Of a DNA stretch of 64,000 nucleotides, positions 48,801 through 61,740 are shown in pieces. A program made the position numbers and the translations under genes. Position 1 is the stretch's first letter. Every line of letters starts with the position of its first letter. Under the pieces are notes generated by a model. It saw nothing but the letters and a program-made list of their open reading frames with translations. It was not told the DNA's origin and did no database searches. The DNA lies in NCBI RefSeq assembly GCF_026210795.1, contig NC_089429.1, forward strand, positions 1,054,001-1,118,000. Direction: 5' to 3'. The DNA comes from Rhizophagus irregularis. Taxonomy: Eukaryota.

Positions 48801-51800
48801 GTCTTACAAGGCATCGACCAAGGAGAAGTCATTAGTCCTATTTTATGGATTATCTACTATGACCCTATGTTCACCCATTTGGCATCTTTGCCAGACATAT
48901 TACACACTACTTCCATTACAAAAATTAATAATATTTATCAACCGGATTCCGATCTGAAAATTAATTACCTTTCCTCGGTGGTTGGATATTTAGACGATAC
49001 CAGTTGGTTTGCGTCCTCACAATCTCAATTAGAATCCAACCTCCAAATCGCCAATTCGTTTTATGATATGGCGAATATCACGATCAACCACGACAAGTAT
49101 ACCATCCTTACGAATAATCCCAAATTTTGTAACAAAGGTATACAATTGGCCGTCACTCCATCAAAATCGATTACGATCAAAACGGCCTCACGCTCCTCCT
49201 CCAACCGAATTTTAGGAATATATATTAATGCCTTTAATTCGTATTCACCAACTTTAAAAAAATTAAAATCTATTATTAATTATTTCGCATATACTATGCG
49301 TTTCAAAAAACTAACACACGACCACCTTATTTATATTATTAATAAGGTTCTCCTTCCGAAATTGGAATATATTAATCAATTTACTATTTTTACCCGACAA
49401 CAATGTGATTCTCTTTTAGCACCGGTCAAAAAATTATTTAAAAAACATTTAAAATTACCGGTTTCATCACATAACAATATTATTCACAACAAACTTTTCC
49501 CATCGATTAATAGTTTTTTTTACAACCAATTTTATTCACACGTTTCGATTGTGAATGTTTTATTTAACACCCCTTTATTTTCCACTATTGGTCTTCAAAA
49601 AATTTTAAATACACAATATGAATTTTGGTTACCCAATTTCCCTACGGCAAAAAATTTTTCCAACCCTTTATTAACAAAAAATCAATCACTTTTACACGAC
49701 AATTGATATTATTCAATGAATTTTATATTAACTTTTTACCACATTGTAATACTTCTGTTACTGGTGGAAGTAACCCTATAATGTTATATTTCTATTCAAA
49801 CATTAATTTACCTGAATTAAAATTTTCAGACTTACAGAGTTTACGGAAAAAACGAATTATGTTCATGGATCAATTATCATCTTTAGATGGACATTATTTA
49901 AGTACATGGAAAGAAGTCAAACAACAAAATCCTAAGGCTAATTTCCAAGGACCTACACCAGGTTGGTTTACGAAGCTTGAAAAAGATAACGTTATATTAT
50001 CTGAAAATTCTCGGCGCCTGATCCAAGATTTGGATTTATCACTGCCGGCCAGATTTATCTCTACATCCCCTAAAATTCGTAAAGAAGCCGTTTCTCGCCT
50101 AACAAACGAATGGACAATCTCTTGGGATCTTTCACAACAACAAGAGTTTTACGGCAAAACAATAGAACAACACAATGATATATACGGTACCAGTTTAACT
50201 TATAGAACACATTACATACCAGCGTTAGATGCTGACACCCGTACCAACTTAACTCCAAAAAAATTAACACCTAGTTTACGTCCATGCCCTGGTAATTGTG
50301 GTCATGGTGTTCCTTTCCACAACGACCTACGTCCCAAATGCGTTCTTGTTTCGCTCACGTCACATTTAATAATTTTTAAAACACATGGGAAAAAATATAT
50401 ACCTCCATATTTTCGTGATAAAAATCACAATTCGTTAATTTTTCCTGTTAAACTTTACACACATTACGCTTATTAGCGTTGACTATTACAAAACATAGAT
50501 TAATTGTTCCGAACGTTTTACCTTCACATATTCCCTTACTTTCTTCATTAGACTCGTATATTAATACGAATAAGGATTTTTTTATTAATCCATTAAATTT
50601 AAATTTAGATATTTCTTCGCCTTTTTTTATCAGAAATTTATTTTTAGGATCGTATGATTCAATCCTTGATTTATTTGAAATTTCAAAATCTTTTTTATTA
50701 CAAAATACTTTTTCTTTTTATACTGATGGTTCTTTTTCCAGATTAGAGGAAAGTACTTCTAGTCCAACACAAATGGGTTTTGCGTGGATCGAGACGTCTA
50801 ATTCCACGCCTAGTTCTAATATACCACCACCTTCTTTTAAAGGAGCGTTATCCTTTAATCCGTCTTCAACCAAAGCTGAAATTTATGCATTGCTGACTAC
50901 TATTATCGTGGTTCCGAATAATAGTGCAATTGATGTCTTCACTGATTCACTGAATATGATCCAAACATTCCACAAGATCACTAACAAGTCAACATCTATA
51001 CGACAAAAACTCAAATGCAAAAATCATATAGCATGGCGTCTAATTGATACGCTAATAGAAAAGAAAGGATTGACATTACGTCTTCACAAAGTTAAAGCAC
51101 ACTCCAATGATTTTTGGAATGATACGGCGGATGATTTGGCAAACATGGCGCGACAATTACCGCCCATCGAAATTAATCCCACTCATCTTCCTGGTAGCCT
51201 TATGACTCCCTTATGGGCGTCTATTGCTCCTATAGATCGCGATATTAGAAAATTTGGACATAATATTACTGATACTTATACTTTTGATCAACTATTGGGT
51301 AATACAGGATTATCACCTATCTTTGATCGATTTTCCATCTCCTCAATACATTGGCCGTTGACTCAACTTTGGTTACATCACAACTCAACGTCTGATATTT
51401 GCAGCTCAACTAAATCCTCCTATGACGCTTTTAAAATTAAGGCGTTCAACCATATTTTACCTTGTGGTGATGTTTTAATTAAACATTACCCGGATTTATA
51501 TCCGAACCAAGATATACCCTGCCCTTTCTGTTCTGACCTAGCAGACTCAAATGAACATTTAGGATTATGTACAAATTTATTTCCCATAATCAACAAAACT
51601 CTTCAGGCGCACAAAATTATCCTGCAGGATCTTATTGATAAATACACGGATTACGACATAACCTTCATCACATCTGCAATCAATCAATTTGATTTGCTCA
51701 AACCCCTCACGAGCGACAACTCGTCAAATCACCTGATCTATTTGATTATTCATCAACTAATACCGCAAGATTTATATAATTTAACACGATCCTTTACATT

Positions 51801-52332
51801 CAATGATAAAATTTCCCGGAAAATTATCTGGGAATTCCTTTTATCTTTTCATGAAGACATCTATTCACAAATATGGCCAAAACACTGTTCCTTGTTACGT
51901 GCGTGGGAACGTTGTAACGGAATCACTACGAATCAAAAACGGAATATTAAATATAATGATAAACGTAGACGCCGACATCAAGTTTCTGTTAATCCTCCCC
52001 TCAATGGTAGTACATCATCCACTTCACCACCTGCACAAGCTCGGACTTACAATCGCAGACGGACCAATACCACTCCTTCAGATGGATCTCCGCGCCTTCA
52101 TGTTCACCCTTGGTTCACGACGCCCCCATCTAATCGTCCCCTGTCTTCACCGCAATTACCAATGTGGTTGATCTTGTGCACCTGCAATTTTTTACATTCC
52201 AGTGGTTGGTTGTCTTTTATACGTCACCCTACCCAGTTAGAGTTGGATTTAGATAATTTTTCTTCTACTTGTAATTTTAATTTCAATTTTTTTAGTTCTT
52301 CTTTTTCTTTACCTGTTTTCTCCACGACATAA
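45819..52332 (+). pseudogene. LINE ORF2 polyprotein (APE endonuclease, reverse transcriptase, RNase H, C-terminal zinc finger), disrupted
   Basis: APE: TVNIQG, LTET, GDLN, SRIDYI, TDH. RT: KAAG.SG, RPIVLL, DLSKAYD, QGEVISP, YLDD. RNase H: YTDGS, AEIYA, TDS, KAHS..NDTAD. Zinc finger: CPFC..HLGLC. Frameshifts near 45960, 48715, 49690 and 50470, plus a MITE insertion. Confidence 0.92.
47107..47385. mobile_element. CACTA/CMC-type palindromic MITE (279 bp) inserted in LINE ORF2
   Basis: Termini CACTGGTAAAAAAATG / CATTTTTTTACCAGTG with a 3-bp TSD AGA. Removing it restores the frame ..WSLYR-INNGIIFR.., joining ORFs 46069 and 47383. Confidence 0.93.
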
Positions 52333-53429
52333 GGCTATACCTGTTTGTCATTTGTAAAGAACGGGCAAGGCGACTCCTTTGGGCTTCACCCGAGAAGTTG
52401 GGTTTTATCACTAGCTTAGAATTCATTAGACTTTTAGTTTAAAATTGTTCTTTTGTAATGTTGGACCCCAGTCGTGTCGATATTTTAAAAATAAAAATAA
52501 AAATAAAAAATAAAATAGACAAAATAATCCGTCATTACCGGCAACTTGGATCTTTTTATTATTTTTTTTTTATTGTACATAAGTGATGTAAAAACTACAA
52601 AGGTACAAATGACGCTAAGGTTAAATTTTCGTAGACTAGAATTATTTTCTGCAAATTTAGTTTTGATATTTTTGGAAAAAACCTATTTTATCAAATCATC
52701 ATAGAATTCAAAAATGGAAACACCTTTAAATTCATAGTAAAATAAAATTTCAATTGCCATATTTGTTGATGATGATTGTCTATGTTATCAATAAATTTCA
52801 ATGGTAATAAAAAAATATTAAATATTTAATAATGGATTAATTTTCTTTCTTTTTTTTAATAATATTTATTTTAGTTATTACTTAGGATTTTTTTTTTATT
52901 GGCAATTGATGTTTAATGGAGCCAAATTTGAAGTTTCGAATGAAAAAGCGAAATCAAAAATTCAATTCTGATTATAAAATAATATTTCGATATTTAATAT
53001 AGTTAGCATATTTTTCAGGAAATATTATTGCCTTTTTCGTAACATAATGAGCTTATAAAAATTAAAAGTTAACCATATTTTAGATGATTTCTCTATTCAA
53101 TAAAACTTTTTTTTAAAAAAAATTCAAAGATCATCTCTTAATAATTTTTTATTGCAAGAAAAAAAAATTATTATAGTTGGAGACTAAAGCCACTAAATAT
53201 TTAAGAGTATAAGACAATATATACAAACTATCCATTTTTTAGGTATATCTAGACGACATTATTATTGATGACTATATCTATTTGGTGAGCGACTCTATAA
53301 AATGATCCTTATTTTAAACATCGTTATTTATTCACTTTTTAATACAAAAAAAAACCATTTACTAGGACTTTCTAAGAATTTAGGCCATTAGAAAATTATA
53401 CCCACCGTTTGCATAAAATTCTTGAAGAG

Positions 53430-54696
53430 TATCCTAATGGTTCACAAGTTTTTTGTGAATTTTCCAAAATACCAAGCAAATATAAAACAATAGATATTAT
53501 TACTAGCAAAGAACAATCGCATTATTGAAGTAATTATATATAGAAAAAAGAAATTGACAGATAATAATAGCGTGATTAATATTTCGTCGAACAAAAATGT
53601 TAAAGAAACAAAGAAAAATTCTTCACGCAGGAGGTTCATTGAAAGGGAAGATCGTCGAAATTCCGGTTAAAAATAACAACCGCCATGAGATATATGGAAG
53701 ATAATTTTGCCGATACATCACGTGAAATTACGTTTATGGACGAAGAGATATATGAATATATAAGAGATGTCGGTTACGTGGAACAATTAAAAGTTAAACG
53801 ATGTTATAAGTATAATACGATCAAGGCCAATATTCGTTTTACTAAAGATTATGAACAAATTATTTTGCGAGGAGGCTCCAATATTATTGTAGTCAGAAAT
53901 GGTCGTCAATATTTTTGCAGAATGTTTGACTCGAAATTGACGCCACGTGAATCAGCGAAAAATTTAGATGGCAAGCGATTAAGAAAATCATGATTGGTAA
54001 CGAGGTAAAAAATGAAACTATTATTAAGGAAAACATTAAGAAATACAGCGGTCATTTTGGTAAAATAATTAGGATCAACAAAATTAAATATATCCTAATA
54101 TATTTTAACAACGAAAACGATATTATGAAAGCCGTAACAATTCTGCGATATAATATGTTAGGAAAGAGCTTACAAGTGAAAACACAAGACGATTTGATTG
54201 ACAAAGACGGTAGTTTTAAGAAACAGAGGACTCATAAGACGACACCAAACAATAATTCTAATCATCTATCGGAGGATGAATAATTTTATGAAGCAACGGA
54301 TAGTCTTACGGGTTAGACGGTCCAAAATACAAATAAGGTTGAAGATTTTAATAAATTGAATGAGGTTTTTAGTGACAGAATTAACGAGAATAGTGGTAAA
54401 ATTGATGGATCAAAAGGTAAAGAAAAAGCAGGTATAACTTTGAACGAAAATAAGAAACGCATTACGCAAAATCAGGGTGCTAGGGAAGGCAGTGATAATG
54501 AGTAAATACACAATAGAGTGATCTTTAGTACTATATTAGACTTTTTACAACATATCTAGGTTTTTATAGTAAAGATTCAAATTTTGTATTAGATAGATAC
54601 TTTATTGACACAATGTATTTACTTACGTTGACATTGGAATTAATTTCGTTTGTAATTATTCCAATACTAATATAGTTATATAAAAAATAAAAAAAA
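53430..54696 (+). mobile_element. Decayed poly(A)-tailed element encoding only an ORF1-like protein (copy 1)
   Basis: Frameshifted coding pieces are homologous to 57543..58341 through to the C-terminus (..QGAREGSDNE*, stop ~54505), followed by a ~175-bp 3' UTR and an A-tail. 5' boundary and TSD not identified. Confidence 0.6.
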
Positions 54697-55829
54697 GCGT
54701 GGTCAATATGATAAGGCAGTGGGTAAAATTTATTTATTTATTCATCGATGCGTTTTTAACAACTTACAATATTTGCAATTATTTTTTTATTTAATTTAGT
54801 AATGGAAGTGAGATTCGATTCAGTTCATCATATCTTCTTTCATTACCAGCAAATAATTAAAAGGAGTTATTTGAATTGATAATAGTGACGTTTTCTAAAT
54901 GAAGACATTGTACTATGTTAAGACCAAAAATAGAAAAAGCACATTTTAGAGAAGTTTTATTGGTCTATTTATCACGTTAATAATGCTGAAATTATCACCT
55001 TAGCAAGACAAAAAGGATTTGGTAATTAATTATTTATCATACTGCATTATTTCGTAACGAATTTATGTTAACCTATCATTATCTTTAAATAGCAAGTAGG
55101 TCAAAAATAATCCATCATTCTCTTTAAAACGAAGAAATTTTATTAAATCATATTAGCAAGTGTAAGAGCAATACTAATGAAACGTACTATGTATTTATGT
55201 ATTCTAACAGTCGTGGAAATTTTTACGCCAAGATTTGCCAGATTTACGAAACAAAATTTTTTTTATAAATTTGCAATTAATATTTTTTTTTTTATGGGAA
55301 AAATAGAAATCGTTTATAAATTAATTAATATTAAGTAAATTAGCACATAAAATCTTGATATTTACATTGGAACCATTTACTCATTATTCACGAGGCGAGT
55401 AATAAACATTTAGCTAAAATTAACAAACTTCTACTCAAAAAATTTACTCTAACCAAAATTGGGATGACTATTTTATTCAGTTAAACTCTTACCTAGAAAC
55501 AAAATATGATTTATATATATTCCACATAATTAATTACTTTTTATACAAAAATAAGTAAATTTATTGGATATAATAAATGAAATAAATTATCGTTATCTGT
55601 TATAATTTCAGTAATAATGCATCGATAAAACAAGTTATTTTTATTTCTATTATTAAGACAAAGTACAGAGGCGTAGTTAAAGTAAGTCATAACTGAGAGT
55701 GGCTTTTTTTACAAATCCAAAGTTTATATATTATATTTATTATTGTACAAGGAAAACGTTAATTCATTGCAAATACATACATAAATAAATAAGATAAATA
55801 TTAAAGGCAAATATAAATAATTACTATGA

Positions 55830-57036
55830 TTTGAGAAATAAGGATTCTTGAAGATATGGTCCACTACCGTCAACAATTTCAATAGAATTAATAATTTGTC
55901 TAATTTCAGATAATTCTTCAGAACTAAGATTAACTTTTACTGCTTCAACATTTTATTCCAAATGTTTGCTTTTTCTTGTTTCAGGAATAACAACCATATT
56001 ATTTCCCTGTAAAAAGTATATAATTTTAAATAAATGTTATGATATTAAAATGTAATAAAATTTTAAGGTTAATACTTACATGAGCAAGAATCAAAGGTAA
56101 ACAAAGTTGACCTAAAGTTACGTCTTTCTTTTTCTCATTAAATTTATGTACAACTGCTAATTTTTATTGACATTTTCACCTTGAAAACGTGAAATCATTC
56201 TTCTAAAATCATCTGATTTAAAATCATCAATATTTTTCCTAAATAAATAAATATATACATACATATATTTGTAAATTGCTAGTAAAGTACAATTTAAAAA
56301 ATGATAAATACTGTTAGAAATCCACGCTATAGTGATACAAGCTTCTATAATTCCATTTTTTTCAATATTCAATCTTAAAAAATAATATTAATATAGATCG
56401 AAAGGGTTAATATTAATCATGTTAAATATTAATAAAAATTGATATACTTACTTCAACTACTTGAACTGCGGCAATAGGATGAACTTTATACAGAATATTC
56501 AGAAAGAACAATATATTTAACTTTTCCTTCCTTAACAAGTTCTGCTAGAGCGTTAACAGAGGTCTTATGCACAGTACCATTACAAAAAGTTACACATTAC
56601 TGATAACAAAAATTAATTATAATTTAATTAAAAATTTTAAATTAAATGGTTAAATTATCTTAAAATTAAAATAAAGTGACCCTAAAGAAGTGTTCCGAAA
56701 TTAAAGGTTACATTTTATCTTTAATGAACTCATCTAATCTTACACTAAATATATTAACATGTAGTTGTTTGAAAGCTTTACGAATTATTAATGAAAAATG
56801 GCCTGTTAAAGGTACCAACTTTTTTTTGCAAAATATAAATTTATTTAATATCAATATTGTTTTATTTATACACATGTTCCTTTTATGAATCAAAGATAAA
56901 TTATGTGGATACCCTACTACATGTAAAACTTTCTAAGTAAAATATCCAGTTTTTTAATGGGACCAACAGATTGATCAATAATAATCAGAACTGTTGCTAT
57001 TATAATTGGTTGTATTTCATATTAAAAAACCAACAT
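55830..57036 (-). pseudogene. Aldo-keto reductase (YakC/AKR13-like) pseudogene
   Basis: Exon relics ALAELVKEGKVKYI.LSE, PIAAVQVE, IEKNGIIEAC, DDFRRMISRFQGEN and VVIPETRKSKHLE*NVEAVKVNLSSEEL, with stops and deletions. Confidence 0.8.
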
Positions 57037-57540
57037 GTAAATATAAGAAAGCAGCCAATCTAGAAAGTTAGTGTTCTCATATTAGCCAGCCAGATAATCT
57101 AATAGATCTTTAAATCCATCTAAATAAAATTAAATAGCTTCCAAAGTATACTAGTTGATTGGTAATATATCATATGATTGCTTGATCATATTTCGTAATA
57201 TACCTCATTTTAAAACCACAAAAAAATAAAATTTTACAACTCATATTACGCGAAACATTCAAAAATAATCCTGGAATAGTTTGTTATAAAAATAGATTTG
57301 AAGATGATTATAAAAAAATTACAATTCGTTTCTTTTCATATGATTCTAGTAATATTATATTATTTTACATTGCTTGACTAATATCTAAACAGAAATTATA
57401 ATCACAAATGATACTATCAATATAAAATCTAACAGTAAATGTAAAGCAAGAGAGCTCTTATTTTTTAAATTAAATTTAATATGAAGGATTTATTGTCAAA
57501 TAATATATTATAGTTATTTATCCTAAACTAGTAATATGAG

Positions 57541-58843
57541 TTTTGAAGTTTTATGATTTTCCTGCTTACCGGAAAGATGAAATTATATACGAGCTTTTAA
57601 AGAAAGTGGGATATATAGAAAGATTAGAGGTCAAATGGAATTATAAATACAAAATGGTCAGAGCCAGGATTCGCTTAACAAAAGAAATGGAAGAAAAATT
57701 TCAAAAAGGTGGATCCAATATAGTGCTAACAAGAAATGACCGTACGTGTTTTTTCAGACGCAAAAATGGACGCTTCAGCAATTAAAAGAAGATATGAATG
57801 GCAAGCATATAGAAAATTGGATATAGAGGAATTAGAAAAGAAGGACAAGGAAATTATTAAAAATTACAATGCAACCTTCGGTGGACACTTTGCCAAAGTG
57901 ATCAAAATAAACAAATTTAAATATATTTTGATTTACTTTAACAATGAAAATGATTTATTAAATGCAATTTACAGATCCACAATGGTAGAAGATTTAGGAA
58001 AAGGTTTAAAGATAAAACTTCAAGACGAATTGATTGGAGATAAAGGGACGTACAAGCGAAAAACAGGAATAAACAGATTTAAAGTGCCAACACAAACAAA
58101 GAAAGATAAATTTGTTGACGCCCAATCTGATATTCTATCAACAATACCGCGAACAGAAGAAGAACATGCAGATTTTGACGCCTTGAACAATAATTTCAGT
58201 GACAGATTGAATAAGATTGAGAAGAAATTAGACTTGCCAAAAGGAAAGGATAAGAAAATGGAAGAAAAAGATGACATTAACAAAAATAAAAAACGCGTAG
58301 TGACAACGCAAGGACAAAGAGAAGATTCCGACAGCGAATAAACAAATTTGTCCAGAAAATATTATACAAAATCAAGAATATTTCCTTTTGATTCAACATT
58401 TGAATCTGATAGAAGATACGACAAATAATTAGAGTATAAAATTAGACGCTATCTTAGGTATTTTCATCAATAGTGTAGTTTTAAATTAGAATTTTTTTTG
58501 ATGACAAAATTTTTTCGAAAATTTTTTATTTTTACAATATCATTTTTATTTCAATAGATATAAATTAGCAAAGCCTCTACTTTTTAGAAAATATTAAAAA
58601 CTTACAAAAACATAGTAAAATTGATTTAGTAATGTAGTTTAGGAAAAAACAATATTAATTTTTAATCAACACAATTATTATTTTTAGTTAGATTTTAAAT
58701 TAGAAAACTTAGAATAGATATACTTTAGTTATAGAGGGTATTATATTTTAGATATAATATTTTCTAGGTGTTTTAATATTTTGTATTGACTTTTGTATAC
58801 AAAATTAATAAACGCGTTACTAATTTCTTTTAAAAAAAAAAAA
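57541..58843 (+). mobile_element. 5'-truncated retroposed element encoding only an ORF1-like protein (copy 2)
   Basis: Perfect 17-bp TSD TAAACTAGTAATATGAG (57524-57540, 58844-58860). Begins mid-ORF, has one frameshift at ~57755, a stop at 58341, a ~490-bp 3' UTR, AATAAA at 58807 and a poly(A) tail. Confidence 0.88.
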
Positions 58844-59144
58844 TAAACTAGTAATATGAGCTAGCTTAATGATGACTGATAATGTATAATTATGGATTAT
58901 TTTAATTACACAATATCATTAATCATATATATTAAAAGCCACAATTATACATTATTAGCCATATTCCTAGTTTAGGTATAAATTAATAGATGTAAAAATA
59001 TAACTCATACATAAACTTTATTTTTTTTTATGAATTATAATAAAATTTTCTTTGGAAAAATAAAATCAAACTTTCAAACAAATTTTCAAATCTAATTTTC
59101 AGACAAAATTTTTCAAATCAAATATCAAATTTTTAAAATTTTCA

Positions 59145-59510
59145 AATGACTTACCAAATGTGCCCAAATTTCAATACTCCCTTTAACAATATTCCACTTG
59201 ATAAATGTTTTCATAACCATCATCTTCAATCTGAACCATTTACTTTTCAATATTCTATTACTTACCTATACATTCTTTTCATTTTCTTAATTATATATAC
59301 AAATCTCCAATGTTAAGAGACTTTGAAAATAAATTTTTTGATAAAATAATCCCTTCATTAGTTAAGAATTCTTTTTCATTAACAAAATTAGCATTATTTG
59401 AATGTGATATAGACTTATCATTCATAGCTGTGTTCAAAAATTTCCAAGAACTTAATTTATATCAACCACATACTTGTTTTACTCCTTATTATAATAAAAT
59501 TCATAATTAA
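59145..59510 (+). pseudogene. LRR/F-box-type gene fragment
   Basis: KNSFSLTKLALFECDIDLSFIAVFKNFQELNL is a leucine-rich-repeat-like stretch. Short and truncated. Confidence 0.35.
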
Positions 59511-60949
59511 TACATTCTTTTTTCTCTCATTAAACTTCTCTCTCTCAACTCTCTCAAATCTTTTCATCTATCAAATCTCTTTCTTCTTGAATATTTCCTT
59601 ATCTCAAACCTTTCATATTACAAACATTACTATCTCTCTTACCTTTCATATTATCCTAAATATTCTCCTGCACTATCTATTCTTCTTTCATTTCTTGATT
59701 TACTTCTCCATTTCTTAATTTTCTTTATGAATTTACTCTCATTTTATAATAAAGTTTCTTTCATCATCTCTCTCTTTCTACAAACACAAAATTGATTTGA
59801 TAGTTAATTTAAAGAATATCCTTACAAATAATTCCCAATAGTATATACATTAATCTTCTAAGCAATCTTATATTACATAGCTTGGCCCATAGCTTACCAA
59901 ATATAGTATGGAGATGTAATCTATACCCTTTGGTCAATTTGGGAATACTCGGCCATTCTTAGATAATTTTTACAAGGGGATCATTTGCATCGCCCATGAA
60001 GCATTGCACCATGCTGATTGGTGTCAGAGATCCTTGTAAAAATTTACCCTTTCTTGATCATTTGATCTATTTCATGTGATTTCATTCTTCACATGTGATA
60101 CCCTTTATTCAATTATTCATTTCTTTGTTGAGTTCTTTCCTTAATAACTTATCAACTCAACATTATCCATCACCGTTGGTTCCACAATTTCTGTGTCCAA
60201 GTTCAATTCTTGGAGGTGATTTTCCTTCTTTTTTCAGTTTTCCATTCTAAATATTCTTTTTAAAGAAAAAGATAAGAGAAATCATCACATTCTGTTTAGA
60301 CACGATATTTTGGTAAATTTCTCAATTATTTTTTTTCATTTTAATGAACAGTTTCTAATAGTTCATCATCTTTTTTTTAAGTAGTTTTCTGAGTTTGCTT
60401 GGATCTCAGTAAGTAATAATTTTGTTTTTTCTTTGAATTTTTTATACAAACTTCACTAACATTTCTTTTTCTATTGTAATCGGTTGGTTCTTCAGAGTAT
60501 TTGGACGCGTAGGAAAAGTTTAATTTTTTCTTTGTTTTAGATGGTTTCTTCAGTGTACTAGATGAGGTGTATTTTTAATCACTTTATTTCAGCAAAATGA
60601 TAACTAATAATGAATTTTTATTCTTTTTAGGCAACTTTTTAGAATCATTTGGCGTGTGAAAATAACACTCATCTAAATTATAAAATAATTAATATCTCAC
60701 TCACATTATCTACTTCTCCATCTTTCCTATGATAAAAGCACACTTGCAATTTCATCCCGTAAAAAAAGTCGATCCATTTTTTATATTCCATCTTTTTTCT
60801 GTAAAAGGCTCATGTTTCCGGAATGAATAGCCTTATATTACGGAATTTATCAAATTATTTACATTTTCCGTGAATATTGATCCGTGAAAGGCTCATTTTT
60901 ATGGAGTTTTTACAGAAATAATGGATAAAATTTTTTATAGAGCATAGAA

Positions 60950-61580
60950 GCGAACTTAGAGTTAAAACCCTAAAGATGGAACCCTGGAACTCTTTCTGCT
61001 GATCTTTCAACCAAAAATTTTATGGAAGAAATATCAAATTTTATTAAGAAATACTATAGTTCAATGCAGGAAGAGATAATAAACAAAGCTATTAATGAGT
61101 TCTATGAAGACTTTAAATGGTTAGAAGCAACCTAGGACCAAACACTATTACAGAACCAGATACCTTCCCGGTAACAATGTTTTTACCAGGTGGACCTAAA
61201 ACACGTCCTCTAAACATATATCTAGTTGAAACTTTCTTATTAAAATGGAGTGGTAAAGTTTCTACAAACTTCTCAAACAAAATTTTTGGCGCAGCAACAA
61301 CTCTACATCATGTGAGGCATGTGAGCTGGGACTTCTAAATATACTAAATATCTAATTTTTATTCATTAGATAAGGCAAAGTACAAGAAATATTAAACGGT
61401 CAAGATTCATGTGAAAATAATGGAAGGTTCAAAATTTGGAAAATGAGGGGAACGAATAATATTGAGCAAAGATGTGGAGATAGATATAAGAAAATAACTA
61501 CAAATCTAGAAAATCATGTTAGAGAATTGGAAGTTGATGCAGCGACAAATTTGCTGATCTCAAGCACTAAGTTTCAAAAT
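60950..61580 (+). pseudogene. Decayed hypothetical gene fragment
   Basis: Coding-like composition, ORF 61117..61338 and a downstream exon-like piece after an AG at ~61369. No family recognised. Confidence 0.3.
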
Positions 61581-61740
61581 TCACTTTTGTAATATTAATA
61601 AAAAAATCAAAACTATTCAACCAAGGTAAAGTCTACTATGTATTTATTTTAAAGGATGGAATTTGAAAAGTTTAGGTATAAGGTCACATGTAATATAATA
61701 ATGAACTAAAATATTTTTTTAACTTCTTTGTTTATTAAAA

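Larger units (their letters stand above)
43335..52514 (+). mobile_element. Full-length non-LTR retrotransposon (LINE; APE-RT-RNase H), inactivated
   Basis: 13-bp TSD ATAGACAAAATAA (43322-43334, 52515-52527), (TAAAA)n tail, two-ORF structure. Confidence 0.95.

Noticed and set aside
60740..60940. Possible MITE with TTTCTGTAAAA / TTTTACAGAAA inverted motifs
   Set aside because: The inverted match is short and AT-rich, with no defined termini or TSD.
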